Shown piece by piece: positions 17,791-27,474 of a stretch of 64,000 nt of DNA; positions within the stretch are counted from its first letter, which is position 1; each line of letters starts with the position of its first letter. Below the pieces are notes generated by a model that saw nothing but the letters and a program-made list of their open reading frames with translations, had not been told where the DNA came from and searched no databases. This DNA is from Bacillales bacterium UBA4694 (GTDB taxonomy: Bacteria; Bacillota_I; Bacilli_A; RFN20; CAG-288). Position numbers and translations under genes: made by a program. The DNA lies in assembly GCA_002404835.1 (NCBI GenBank), contig DHKM01000005.1, positions 558 through 64,557 on the forward strand, read 5' to 3'.

Positions 17791-18609
17791 TTATTTTTCG
17801 ATACAGGCAGAAATCTTCTTTGATATTTTCAGTATGTCTTCGGCGTCAAGCTGTCTTGCCCGATAAGATAAGAGGGAAAGGGTATCTTCATCCAGTTTTG
17901 CAAGGCTTTCCTTATATTTTGGATATTGCTTCAGGCAGTTTGACATCGTTTTGTTTGGATCTTTGAACAATGCTTTGAAAATCGGATAGAGCTTGAAATC
18001 CTGCTTTTTTCTTTGGTCGATTCGAATGAAAGCGGAATCGACTTTAGGAGAAGGATCGAAGCAAGAGCGATCGACGTTGGTGACAAGAGTAAGGTCTCCT
18101 GTTACTTTGATGAATGCTCCAAGCGGGGAGTTGTCTTTTTTTCCTTGGATGTAGGTGAGTTTGTCTGCGACTTCTTTCTGAACCATGGCTCCGCAGGTTT
18201 TGAATCCTTTACTCAGAAAGTATTCAAAGAGTTCGGAAGTGATGTTATAGGGAAGGTTTCCGATGAAGGCTCTTGAATCCATTCTGGATATGCTGGAGGG
18301 ATTGAATTTCAGGAAATCGGATTCCACAAGAGTCAGGTTTTCTTGGTTTGGGAATATATCCTTCAGGACATGGATCATTTCCCTGTCTGCATCCACGGCA
18401 ACAAGTTTCTTTGCTCGTCTGGCTAATGGAAGGGTCAATGCTCCAAGACCGGGACCGATTTCAATGACGGTTTCGAACTCCTCCGGTTTCAGATTATCGA
18501 TGATTCTTCTGATGATTCCGCTGTCGATCAAAAAGTTCTGACCGAAGGATTTCTTGGCGGCATAGCCGTATTCCTTCAATAGATTGTGTACTCTTTCTTT
18601 TTCAGTCAT
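17791..18609 (-). CDS. rsmA: 16S rRNA (adenine1518/1519-N6)-dimethyltransferase
   Basis: 272 aa. Motifs FGQNFL and the SAM site EIGPGLGALT. Confidence 0.95.
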   Translation of the reverse strand: MTEKERVHNLLKEYGYAAKKSFGQNFLIDSGIIRRIIDNLKPEEFETVIEIGPGLGALTLPLARRAKKLVAVDADREMIHVLKDIFPNQENLTLVESDFLKFNPSSISRMDSRAFIGNLPYNITSELFEYFLSKGFKTCGAMVQKEVADKLTYIQGKKDNSPLGAFIKVTGDLTLVTNVDRSCFDPSPKVDSAFIRIDQRKKQDFKLYPIFKALFKDPNKTMSNCLKQYPKYKESLAKLDEDTLSLLSYRARQLDAEDILKISKKISACIEK

Positions 18610-19177
18610 TGATTACCTCCAGTATTTCCTCTTTTGATATGTTCAGCATCAGAAGGCATTCTTCCACATTCTTGTTGCTGGTAAATGGAAGATGATATTT
18701 TTCGACGAGTTTCATTCGCTTGGCTTTGTTGTTGATCAGGCCGAAATCATAGTAATCGTCCTCATCGAACGGGAAAACTTCGTCTACACGGATGTCATGA
18801 CCGATACAGGGACGGATAAGTTCCTTGAGGTCTTCCATTCCCATCTGGGCAATCCCTACTTTTCCGGCTTTTTCGTCCTTTGCCTGCTGCTTCTTTGCAT
18901 AGAGATTCAGACAGGGGCCTACGTAGTTTTCAATCCTGTGTCGGATATTGTATCCTGGTCCATCCGGGTCCGTGATGATGACAATCTGCCGTACTTTGTG
19001 CACTTCCTTGAGGAAAGCGGAAATATCCGGTCGTATGAATTTTCCGCCTGTTGCCAGCACAAAGAAACAGCCGAGTTTTTTCAGTTTGTCTTCGTCTGTC
19101 TTTCCTTCGCAGACATAGAGATATCTTCTGTTTTCGTATTCGTTATTTGATTCCATAGAACTGCTTTCCGTTTTCAT
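18602..19177 (-). CDS. rnmV: Ribonuclease M5 (Toprim domain)
   Basis: Motifs VCEGKTDEDKL and IVIITDPDGPG. The true start may be the second Met (MESNNEY, ATG ending at 19156), which has a weak GGAAAG SD. Confidence 0.85.
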   Translation of the reverse strand: MKTESSSMESNNEYENRRYLYVCEGKTDEDKLKKLGCFFVLATGGKFIRPDISAFLKEVHKVRQIVIITDPDGPGYNIRHRIENYVGPCLNLYAKKQQAKDEKAGKVGIAQMGMEDLKELIRPCIGHDIRVDEVFPFDEDDYYDFGLINNKAKRMKLVEKYHLPFTSNKNVEECLLMLNISKEEILEVIND

Positions 19178-19925
19178 ATAATGTGTTTGCTGTTTCTTCC
19201 ATCTCTTTGTTCTGAAGCTGAGCTATTTTCTGAATGATAAGGGGAATATAGGATGACTCGTTCCTTTTTCCTCGATAAGGAACCGGTGCAAGATAGGGAG
19301 CATCGGTTTCGGTCAAGAAGGTCGATAAGTCACCTTTTGAGACGACTTCTGTAAGAACCCGTGCATTCTTGAAGGTGAGGACTCCTCCGACTCCGATATG
19401 GAAATCTATCGGAAGTTTTCGATACTCTTCGTATAGTTCATAACTTGAGCTATAGCAGTGGAGATCGACTTTGTCCGGCTGTTCTTCCTTGATGATATCG
19501 AAGGTGTCCTTGCTGGCATCTCTGGCATGAACCACAATCGGAAGAGACAATTTTTTTGATAACCGGATCCATTCTCGGAAGATTGCTTTCTGTCTTTCCT
19601 TTGTCTCCGCTTCGCAGTCATAATGATAATCAAGTCCGATTTCCCCAATGGCTGATATTTTGTTTCTGTGTTCTTTAACGTAGTCGAAGGCTCTTTTCTG
19701 ATATTCGTCATCTTTGACTGCGTATTCGGGATGAATGCCGAGAACGGAAAAACAATATCCGGGATTTTCTTCCTGGATAGAAAGAATTGTCTGGAAGGAT
19801 TCTAGGGAATCTCCGTTGTTGAATATTGCCTGGCATCCGCTATCTTTTGCACGTCTTATCACTTCGGTTCGATCCGGATACAAAGCGTTGTCATTGATGT
19901 GACAGTGCGTATCGATGAATTCCAT
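19143..19925 (-). CDS. TatD-family metal-dependent DNase/hydrolase
   Basis: 260 aa. Motifs IDTHCHIND, GEIGLDYHY, VVHARDA and ETDAPYL. Confidence 0.9.
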   Translation of the reverse strand: MEFIDTHCHINDNALYPDRTEVIRRAKDSGCQAIFNNGDSLESFQTILSIQEENPGYCFSVLGIHPEYAVKDDEYQKRAFDYVKEHRNKISAIGEIGLDYHYDCEAETKERQKAIFREWIRLSKKLSLPIVVHARDASKDTFDIIKEEQPDKVDLHCYSSSYELYEEYRKLPIDFHIGVGGVLTFKNARVLTEVVSKGDLSTFLTETDAPYLAPVPYRGKRNESSYIPLIIQKIAQLQNKEMEETANTLYENGKQFYGIK

Positions 19926-19926
19926 A

Positions 19927-21282
19927 TTATTTACCTAGACAGAATTTGGAAAACAAAGTCTGATAGATGTCTTCCATGGTCTGTGTCACTTGCTTGCCCA
20001 TGAGGTCGTTGATGGTAGCGATGGCTTTTCGGATGCCATCAGAGACGATATCGATCTGATGTGTCTCTTCGATGGCTTTGCTGGCTTCCTTAAGTTGGGA
20101 GGAAATCCGGATGAGGAAGTCTTCTTCTCTTTGTCCTAAGAAGGCACTATCTTCTTTTGTAGCTATATCGAGTTTTTCTTCTATCATATGATAAAGAGAA
20201 GATAAATCGTCTTTTAAGGAACAAATTGAAATGTCGGCTCCTTGCTTGTTGTCATTGATGTCTTTTTTTGTCGCAATGCGAATACAGGGTTTAGACTTCA
20301 GAAGTTCGTTTAATTTTTCGTTTTTATCTATTTCTTCAAATCCGGAGTCGCTTAAAAGGAGTATGATGTCGGCATTCGCTATTGTTTTGTATGATTTTTC
20401 TATTCCCAGGTTTTCAATTGGATCTTCGCTTCTTCTAATCCCTGCGGTATCCTTGAACCGGAAGAGAATCGAGTCGATTTCTTTTTCCCCTTCGACGACA
20501 TCTCTTGTGGTTCCGGCTATTGGGGAAACTATGGCTTTGTCTTCTTTCAGTATGGCATTGAGGAGTGAGGATTTTCCGACATTCGGTTCTCCGGCAATAG
20601 CTACTGTGATTCCTTGGTACTGTCTATTGGAACGCTTTGTTTTTTCGATTGTGGAATCAAGGCTTTGGATATCTTTGTTTAGATTCTTTCTTATCGTTTC
20701 CAGTTCCTCATCATAGTCATCCTGCTCATCCGAATATTGATCCTCGACAAAATATTCCAACTGGGAAATGTACCCTAGTAAGGTGTTCTTCAGATCTTCC
20801 ATCACTTTGCTGTTTGTTCCGGACAAGGTCTTGGATGCGATGTCTTTAGCGCGTTTGGAGTTTGCGTTGATGAGATCGTTGATTCCCTGGGATTTCAAAA
20901 GATCCATTTTCCCATTGAAAAAGGCCTGGGCAGAGAATTCTCCTGGCTTTGCTCTCCTTGCGCCATGTAGGACAAGGCTGTTGAGCAGTTCTTCGACGAT
21001 AATCATATTGCCGTGTACGGAAAATTCGATGGTATCGAATCCGGTATAGCTTTTTGGCCCTTGATAGAAGGTCATAACAGCTTCATCGATCAATGTATCA
21101 TCGTTTTTCTTATCGCTGTATAGGTGAAGAAAATAACTGTGGTTGGGAATCAATGTCTTTGGATTTTTCTTGATCAGATATGAAACTACATCCAAAGCCT
21201 TTGGACCGGAAAGACGGACGATGGCAAGTGCAGATTTATAAGGCGGTGTCGCCAATGCACAAATGGTATCAAAAATTAGCAT
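19927..21282 (-). CDS. mnmE: tRNA modification GTPase MnmE
   Basis: 451 aa. Motifs DTICALATPP, G1 GEPNVGKSS, DTAGIR and the C-terminal FCLGK. Confidence 0.95.
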   Translation of the reverse strand: MLIFDTICALATPPYKSALAIVRLSGPKALDVVSYLIKKNPKTLIPNHSYFLHLYSDKKNDDTLIDEAVMTFYQGPKSYTGFDTIEFSVHGNMIIVEELLNSLVLHGARRAKPGEFSAQAFFNGKMDLLKSQGINDLINANSKRAKDIASKTLSGTNSKVMEDLKNTLLGYISQLEYFVEDQYSDEQDDYDEELETIRKNLNKDIQSLDSTIEKTKRSNRQYQGITVAIAGEPNVGKSSLLNAILKEDKAIVSPIAGTTRDVVEGEKEIDSILFRFKDTAGIRRSEDPIENLGIEKSYKTIANADIILLLSDSGFEEIDKNEKLNELLKSKPCIRIATKKDINDNKQGADISICSLKDDLSSLYHMIEEKLDIATKEDSAFLGQREEDFLIRISSQLKEASKAIEETHQIDIVSDGIRKAIATINDLMGKQVTQTMEDIYQTLFSKFCLGK

Positions 21283-21288
21283 AATGAA

Positions 21289-21297
21289 ATTATAACA
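21289..21297 (-). promoter_or_regulatory. Extended -10 (TGTTATAAT) 6 nt before the mnmE ATG (leaderless candidate)
   Basis: Minus strand reads TGTTATAAT-TTCATT-ATGCTAATT. No SD. The N-terminus MLIFDTICALATPP is canonical for MnmE. Confidence 0.5.
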
Positions 21298-21449
21298 TAC
21301 AGGTAGGATTACCTGATTCTAAAAAACAATCAATTAGATAAATCAATATTATGTTTTGTTGGTAACATTGGAATTTATAAAATTGATTTTTAAGTTGCTT
21401 TTTATTATAAGCAATTTTCAATGTTCTATGAAACACAAGATAAAATAAT

Positions 21450-21475
21450 CAAAAAAGCTGGTCAATTGACCAGCT
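21450..21475 (-). terminator. Rho-independent terminator of jag
   Basis: Perfect palindrome AGCTGGTCAA/TTGACCAGCT (21456-21475), followed on the minus strand by TTTTTT. Confidence 0.85.
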
Positions 21476-21478
21476 GGA

Positions 21479-22111
21479 TTATTCTTCGTTGTCCTTATTC
21501 AAAGTCTGATCGTTTTCGACATATTGAATCGTGACATGTCTCTTATGACCGATTCCCAAAGACTGAGTCTTGATATGCGGATATCCGGTCAGAGCCTGAT
21601 GAATGACTCTTCTTTCGTCAGAGGTCATAGGATCAAGGACTACCGTAACGTGGGTGCGGCTGACTTCGTTAGCATAATGTCTGGCCATGGAAACGTATTT
21701 CTCGTATTTGTTCTCTTTGTATCCGTCGCAATTGAGAAGAATACGATAATGTCCGCCAAAACGGTTGAAACAGGCAGAACGAGTCAATTCGTTGATGGAA
21801 CGGAGAGTTTCCCCGCTTCTTCCGATGACGGTTCTGTTCTTCTGGGTTACGATATTGAGCTTGATGACACCATCTTCATATTTGGCTTCCGTGGAGCCTG
21901 TAACGCCTAAGGCCTTAAGGCATCTTTTGATATAGTCATCTGCAAAGACGATAACATCATTGATGGTGTAGATTCCGATAGTGACAATCTTTGTGAAGAG
22001 AGTCTTCTTCACCGAGATGATCTGATAATTGAGATCCTTGACTTCGACGCCAAGATCCTGGCAGGCTTTCTTAACTGCCTCTTCTTCTGTCTTTCCTTCA
22101 TATTTGTTCAT
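21479..22111 (-). CDS. jag: Jag/KhpB RNA-binding protein (KH plus R3H)
   Basis: The track start is a GTG. The ATG at 22109-22111 (MNKYEGKTEEEAVKKA) has a GGAGG SD 8 nt upstream. R3H region LDPMTSDERRVIHQAL. Confidence 0.9.
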   Translation of the reverse strand: MNKYEGKTEEEAVKKACQDLGVEVKDLNYQIISVKKTLFTKIVTIGIYTINDVIVFADDYIKRCLKALGVTGSTEAKYEDGVIKLNIVTQKNRTVIGRSGETLRSINELTRSACFNRFGGHYRILLNCDGYKENKYEKYVSMARHYANEVSRTHVTVVLDPMTSDERRVIHQALTGYPHIKTQSLGIGHKRHVTIQYVENDQTLNKDNEE

Positions 22112-22116
22112 AATGC

Positions 22117-23703
22117 TTACCTCCACATCGGTTTGTCAGAATCCGATTTGTTCTTTTTGTTTTTCTTGTCAGAGGATGCCATGTGATGTTTGCTTCTTCT
22201 GATGGCAGCAAGGTTGGTGCCGTCTCCGGTAGAAGCGGCGAGTCTGTGTGCAGATTTAGTCTGCATAGCCTGCATTAAAATCGTCTGTAAGATTGCGATG
22301 ATAGAGCCGAAGAACCAATAGATACCCATACCGACTGGCAAACTCCATCCCATGATAACGACGAAGGCCATCATGATATAGGTCATCATCTTGCCTGTCT
22401 TATTTGGATCCATACCATCCGGTGATGTCGGGACGGCATTCGGATCTCCGAATTTCTTGTTTCTCCAATTTGTGAACCAAAGAGAGGAAAGGGAAGAAAG
22501 GATATTGGCCAATGTCATGAGGATGAAGATAACGATACCGATGACAGCGCCAGGTGTTCCTTTGAAATTGGTGAAGCATTGGCTGACTGTTGTGGTAAGT
22601 GAGAGGCCGTAGAAGTTTCCGCTAGCCAAACTTGCGGAACCCTGAAGAGCAGACCAGACGCAGATGAATAACGGGAACTGAAGGAGCATGAAGAGCATCG
22701 GGAGCATTGGGTGTACCTTGTTCCTTCTCATCAGTGCACTTCTTTCCATCATGAGTGCCTTCTGCTGATCCATATCTTCGTTGGCATGAGGATATTTCTT
22801 GGCAAGTTCATCGAGCATCGGTTTTAGTGCCTGCTGTTTTGCTTGGGTCTTGGACTGAATCAAAGTCGAGATGACGGTGATGAGTCTTGCAAGAAGCGTA
22901 ACCACAAAGATGGCTAGAATCTGTGCCCATGCGGTATTGCCCATGTTTTCGGAAATAGTATAGACAAGCCAGGCAAATGGCCAAACGAACAGACCTTCGA
23001 AGAAACCATAATCTGCAAATGCCTGCCCCCAGCTTTTTCCTTCAACGTAGATGTTGCTTCCGTTCTGAGAGAAAGTTTTGCTTTCCGGAGTGATACAGCC
23101 TCTGTCGGCTGAAACGGCGGAGGACAAGGTACTCTTGAAAGCGGTGATATAGGTGGTACTTGGGACAATAAGAACGCCTAAGTCGGTTGTTGCACTTAAA
23201 TACCATTCATCCAGGTTCTTGAATAAGTCAGATACTTTCTGAGGTTGGGAATCCTTGTATTCGATACCGGCATATAAGGCGACATGGGTTGCGACTGCTT
23301 TGGCTTTGTCTTCTTCTAAGCCTTTGGCAAAGGTTCCGTCCATCCAATAACGATATGTTTTGTTTGCTTCCTCTGTAGCCTTGGTATTTATGTAGGCATT
23401 GAATTCCTTGTTCGGAAGGCTGAGGTTGTTTCTTGTAAGATTGCTATAAAAAGTTTTTCTGTTGGTATTTTGGGTTGTTGTAACTCTTTCTGCTTCACCT
23501 GCTTCAACATTGACGTTGTCGTTGTAATCATCGGTGACAACAACAGAATCGTTGAAGAGATTTCCATAGGTGGCATATAGGGTATTGGCTTTGTCTTGAT
23601 TTGTGCAGAAGGACTTGGTACAACTTGACATACCCAAAACAACGATAGCACTGCTTGCTGCTATCGTAAGCCGTTTCAGAAACTTGTGCGAATTTGTTCT
23701 CAT
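22117..23703 (-). CDS. yidC: YidC/Oxa1 membrane protein insertase with enlarged N-terminal extracytoplasmic region
   Basis: 528 aa. Lipoprotein-type signal VVLGMSSC. Conserved multi-TM core (PMLPMLFMLLQFPLFICVW, LPVGMGIYWFFGSIIAILQ) and a basic C-tail. Confidence 0.9.
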   Translation of the reverse strand: MRTNSHKFLKRLTIAASSAIVVLGMSSCTKSFCTNQDKANTLYATYGNLFNDSVVVTDDYNDNVNVEAGEAERVTTTQNTNRKTFYSNLTRNNLSLPNKEFNAYINTKATEEANKTYRYWMDGTFAKGLEEDKAKAVATHVALYAGIEYKDSQPQKVSDLFKNLDEWYLSATTDLGVLIVPSTTYITAFKSTLSSAVSADRGCITPESKTFSQNGSNIYVEGKSWGQAFADYGFFEGLFVWPFAWLVYTISENMGNTAWAQILAIFVVTLLARLITVISTLIQSKTQAKQQALKPMLDELAKKYPHANEDMDQQKALMMERSALMRRNKVHPMLPMLFMLLQFPLFICVWSALQGSASLASGNFYGLSLTTTVSQCFTNFKGTPGAVIGIVIFILMTLANILSSLSSLWFTNWRNKKFGDPNAVPTSPDGMDPNKTGKMMTYIMMAFVVIMGWSLPVGMGIYWFFGSIIAILQTILMQAMQTKSAHRLAASTGDGTNLAAIRRSKHHMASSDKKNKKNKSDSDKPMWR

Positions 23704-24053
23704 TTTTTCTCCCCTTTGGCTTTCGGCTTCAAACGAGCTAGCGCACCATTCAGAAGTGAAAGGTTTTCCTGAAAAGTATGATTGAGGAAACCTGGACGTG
23801 CGATGATGATTACATCAAAAGGCCAATCCAGTGCTCCAGAGAGATTGATCATGCTTCGAAGTTGTCTTCTGACACGGGCACGGACGACAGCATCTCCCAT
23901 TTTCGTGGAGACACTGAGTCCGAAGCGTGCATGCTGCAATTCTTTATTAGGAGCAAAATAGACAGACATCGATTCGTTTTTTCCGGCTGTATGACGATAA
24001 TCAAGTACTTTCTTGAAATCTTGAGACTTCTTAATTCGGTACTCTTTCTTCAT
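23700..24053 (-). CDS. rnpA: Ribonuclease P protein component
   Basis: 117 aa, basic. Position between rpmH and yidC. Region KKSQDFKKVLDYRH...RVRRQLR. Confidence 0.9.
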   Translation of the reverse strand: MKKEYRIKKSQDFKKVLDYRHTAGKNESMSVYFAPNKELQHARFGLSVSTKMGDAVVRARVRRQLRSMINLSGALDWPFDVIIIARPGFLNHTFQENLSLLNGALARLKPKAKGEKK

Positions 24054-24079
24054 TTGTGATTGCCGAAAACAGCTGAAAT

Positions 24080-24217
24080 TTAGGCCTGAGTGAGTCTAAC
24101 TCTGCCCTTGGCTCTTCTGGCGTTGATGATCTTTCTTCCGCTCTTGGTAGCCATTCTGGCTCTGAAGCCACAGGTATGGGCTCTCTTGATTTTGCTAGGC
24201 TGATAAGTTCTTTTCAT
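24080..24217 (-). CDS. rpmH: 50S ribosomal protein L34
   Basis: Not in the track (45 aa). Hand translation is [53 protein letters not shown] upstream. Confidence 0.95.
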   Translation of the reverse strand: MKRTYQPSKIKRAHTCGFRARMATKSGRKIINARRAKGRVRLTQA

Positions 24218-24401
24218 AATTCAAATCCTCCATCAAAGTTATGCGTCGATTAAATACGCATGTAGCATATTATATTCTTACTTAGGGCTGTAAATCAAAT
24301 AAAATTTGCTCTTTTCCTTCGGTTTTTGCTTGAAATGTCGTTTTTTGAAATTTTGCCTATGAAAAGGTAATTTTTAATAACCGTTTCACGTGAAACGAAG
24401 T

Positions 24402-24860
24402 TTAAGACAATGAATTTTCGATTTGCTTTTTCCGGTTGCCTTTTATGGTCAGATCATAAGTCATGAAGGTCCTTAGAATATGGTCGGTTTCCATTTCAAT
24501 CCGCTTCATTGTTTCTTTGTCTACTGTTTTAAATGCCTGCTCGATGGATTTGTCATAGTTGTTCTTGTTTTCGACGTTCAGTTTTTTCCATGGTATGTTC
24601 TCGAAGTATGAAAGCAGTTTTTTGTCGTAGTCTAGTTTCCCTTCGTATAAATAGCAGGCAAGAATCGGATAGCCGGCATAATGCTGCCAATAGGTAGCAT
24701 TGTCATTGCTGGATGCTATTTTTCCATCAAGAATCACGGTGTATGCTTTGCTTTTGTCGGAACTGATGACCAAATACTGGTTCTCGTCGATCTTCTTTAC
24801 TCTTTTGTCTGCTATGGCACTTAGTGCTTCATAGATTTTCGATATCGGAATTTCTTTCAT
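24402..24860 (-). CDS. Hypothetical cytoplasmic protein
   Basis: 152 aa with SD AAGGAGAA. I recognise no motif. Confidence 0.55.
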   Translation of the reverse strand: MKEIPISKIYEALSAIADKRVKKIDENQYLVISSDKSKAYTVILDGKIASSNDNATYWQHYAGYPILACYLYEGKLDYDKKLLSYFENIPWKKLNVENKNNYDKSIEQAFKTVDKETMKRIEMETDHILRTFMTYDLTIKGNRKKQIENSLS

Positions 24861-24938
24861 GTTTTTTCTCCTTTTCGGCTATAAAAAGTTTATTTCAATC
24901 CTTATAATTATATGGATTAGTTTTGAGGGAGGTCTAAC

Positions 24939-25814
24939 ATGTCGGAAAAAAACTATGATGAAGATGAATTCAAGGTTGATCAGCGGATTGCTGTCACTGT
25001 ATATAAATGGTTGAAGATTGCTCAATGTTTGATTCTTGCTGCTTTGGGTGGCATTTTCATCGTCTGTTCATTCTTTTCCCTGAAATCCGGTTCTGAACAG
25101 AATTTGTTTTCGGTTCTTCCTGTATGCATCGGTGTTGTTCTTGCGATATTCGGTCTTCTGGATCTTCTTGCCGGTTATTATCTTCATAGGAATTTGATGA
25201 GTGAAGAAGTCCTTCTTGGGTCAGTAAGTATATCCGCTAGTATTGTCTTGTTCGTGAATGCTGGCGATTCCTATCAGTTTTTGGCTAATTTGCTTAACGT
25301 CTTCATTGTGGCAATGCTATTCTGCTATGCAGTTATGTGTGTAATCTATGGAGTTGATCGGGTTATCGGGAAAAAGGGACTGAGGAAGAATGTCAAGCTT
25401 GCAGTCATGAGTTTCATCGGTGCGGCGTTTCTTCTTGCCGGAGGGATTGCCTATTCGATATTCGAGAAGAAATACAGTAGCAAAATCAGTCAATGGATGT
25501 TTTTGGCTGTCGGTGTTGTCTTAATCATTATCGGTATTACTTCCTTTGTTTCTTTGCTGATGAAAATCAGAGCGACAAACAAGGCGATGAAATTGGAAGA
25601 AAAGAAGAAAGAAGATCAAGAAGAAAACAAAAAAGAGGATGAGAATTCCGTTGTCAAAGTCGTGGAACTCGGTGATCTGAAGAGGGAACGAAGAAGAGAT
25701 AAAAAGGTTTTCAGTAGAGAAAAGGTCGGTGAGACGCATGCCTTCAACATGGATGATCAGGGAAATCTCAACCTGATTGAAGATGAAGACCAGGATGAGA
25801 AGGAGAAAAAATGA
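24939..25814 (+). CDS. Multi-TM membrane protein with Lys/Glu-rich C-terminal tail
   Basis: 291 aa, about 6 hydrophobic segments, then KLEEKKKEDQEENKKEDEN. SD GAGGGAGG. Confidence 0.65.
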   Translation: MSEKNYDEDEFKVDQRIAVTVYKWLKIAQCLILAALGGIFIVCSFFSLKSGSEQNLFSVLPVCIGVVLAIFGLLDLLAGYYLHRNLMSEEVLLGSVSISASIVLFVNAGDSYQFLANLLNVFIVAMLFCYAVMCVIYGVDRVIGKKGLRKNVKLAVMSFIGAAFLLAGGIAYSIFEKKYSSKISQWMFLAVGVVLIIIGITSFVSLLMKIRATNKAMKLEEKKKEDQEENKKEDENSVVKVVELGDLKRERRRDKKVFSREKVGETHAFNMDDQGNLNLIEDEDQDEKEKK

Positions 25815-26011
25815 AGTTTGCAACGATTCTCGAGGCTCTGATTCGATCCTATCATATCGATAAGGGACATCTGGCCAAGCATCTTGAAACGGATGAGAAG
25901 ACAATCGATGATTGGCTTCAGGGGAATTCTGTTCCTTCGCACCATCAGTTGGAACATCTTTCTGACATGTATATCATGCCATTGGACCTTTTGGAAAAGA
26001 GCGTCAAATAA
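25811..26011 (+). CDS. Small XRE-type helix-turn-helix protein
   Basis: 66 aa. ATGA start/stop overlap with the upstream membrane protein. HTH-like HLAKHLETDEKTIDDWLQGNSVPS. Confidence 0.6.
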   Translation: MKFATILEALIRSYHIDKGHLAKHLETDEKTIDDWLQGNSVPSHHQLEHLSDMYIMPLDLLEKSVK

Positions 26012-26015
26012 AATA

Positions 26016-26057
26016 GGCTATGAATCACTCGGTATTTCCGGGATTCATGGCCTTTTT
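26016..26057 (+). terminator. Terminator after the membrane protein/HTH pair
   Basis: 11-bp stem GGCTATGAATC / GATTCATGGCC with one G-U pair, followed by TTTTT (26053-26057). Confidence 0.65.
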
Positions 26058-27349
26058 CAAAGCTGGCTTGCGATATAGGATTGACCTAGTCTTCTTTGAT
26101 TTTCGTCTGGTAGATAGATGGTTGCTTCGATTTTTTCCTTTTTGAGGACATCCGTGGCATTTTTCATCAGTATTTCTCCACCGATGCCTGTCGTCACTCG
26201 ACCGAGGAGAACGACATTCTCAAACGGAATGAATCTGTGATAGAGGCAGAGGGCGGTTCCTAGTCTTTTTCCGAAGGTTCTGTAGGCATCGAGAACTGTT
26301 TCGTTTCCTTGTTCGGCTTCGTTTTGAATGGTTACAAGTTTTTCCGGAAGGGATCCGCTTAATGGGAATCCTCTGCTCTCTAGGATGCGGATGATTCCTT
26401 TCTGTGAGAGGTATTCGGATCCAGCACCTTTGATTTTCATTGAATAGTGAGAAAAGGCAGAGGGAGAATAGTCTATTGGAATTTTTCCGATTTCGCATAT
26501 CCATCCGTTGAATGAGTTTCCTTCCTGGATGTATCCGCCTCCGAGACTTGTTCCCATAGCGATTCCAAGAAAACTGCCTTTTTTGTAGAGCAGGCTTCCA
26601 TAGAGTGCAGAGACATCGCCGTCATTGAGAATCGTATAAGGAATATCCGGATATTCTTTTTTCATGAAATCGATGAAGAAATTAGGAATTCTGTCTTTTT
26701 GAACGACAGATTTGAATAAAGTGGCCTGAAGATATCGGTTTTTTTCCAATATTCCGGATGTTGAAATTCCAATGGAATCGACTTTGCCAAGATGGGAGAC
26801 GGCCTTTTTCAAGCTGTCGAGTATTCCTTGATAGTGGTATTGGATATCATTCTCTTCTTTTGGAGACCAAAGATCCTCTTCCTGGAAAAGAATCTGACCG
26901 TCTTTGATTGCGGTTACTTTTCTATCGCTTCCGCCAAGATCTAGACCGATTCTGCTTCCATCTTGAGAGCCGGAGACTTGAAAAGAGGAAAAAATATCTT
27001 TGTATTCTTTGTCTGTTTTTTCCAATAGAAAAGGAAGATGAAACATTCGCTCCATCTCTTTTTTTGTTGTATCGAATTCCGAATCTTCTTTGATTTTCTT
27101 GATGAAATCTTCTATGTATTCTTCTTTTCCATTGAAGAGAATTCTGTTCCCACCTACAATCCAGAGGAGGGAAAGGATGATTTTCTTGAGATAGAAGTAG
27201 TTCTTTTCTCGGTCTTCTGAGATCTTTGTATGGTAAGTAAAAGACAGCGCATTTCCTCTTTGTACTATGATGGACAATGGATATGCGGCTTCTTTTTCAA
27301 AGTGATGGAGAAGCGGATATCCAGATTGAAACGTTTCTATATCAGTCAT
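26057..27349 (-). CDS. ROK-family sugar kinase-like protein with extra N-terminal domain of about 130 aa
   Basis: 430 aa. Motifs GLDLGGSDRKV and GIAMGTSLGGGYI. A TATAAT (27360-27365, minus) lies 10 nt before the ATG and there is no SD. Confidence 0.75.
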   Translation of the reverse strand: MTDIETFQSGYPLLHHFEKEAAYPLSIIVQRGNALSFTYHTKISEDREKNYFYLKKIILSLLWIVGGNRILFNGKEEYIEDFIKKIKEDSEFDTTKKEMERMFHLPFLLEKTDKEYKDIFSSFQVSGSQDGSRIGLDLGGSDRKVTAIKDGQILFQEEDLWSPKEENDIQYHYQGILDSLKKAVSHLGKVDSIGISTSGILEKNRYLQATLFKSVVQKDRIPNFFIDFMKKEYPDIPYTILNDGDVSALYGSLLYKKGSFLGIAMGTSLGGGYIQEGNSFNGWICEIGKIPIDYSPSAFSHYSMKIKGAGSEYLSQKGIIRILESRGFPLSGSLPEKLVTIQNEAEQGNETVLDAYRTFGKRLGTALCLYHRFIPFENVVLLGRVTTGIGGEILMKNATDVLKKEKIEATIYLPDENQRRLGQSYIASQL

Positions 27350-27474
27350 GATTATCAGTATTATATCATGATGATGGAAATGATTAGTCTAGCTGTGGAA
27401 GTTATTTGGACAGACATTGTCTCTTTTTTACTTCATTCCATGTTATGTGTATAATCAGTCTTATGAGGTGTATT

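Noticed and set aside
24218-24400. Expected oriC-type DnaA boxes upstream of rpmH
   Set aside because: I read the region on both strands and found no nonamer within one mismatch of TTATCCACA.
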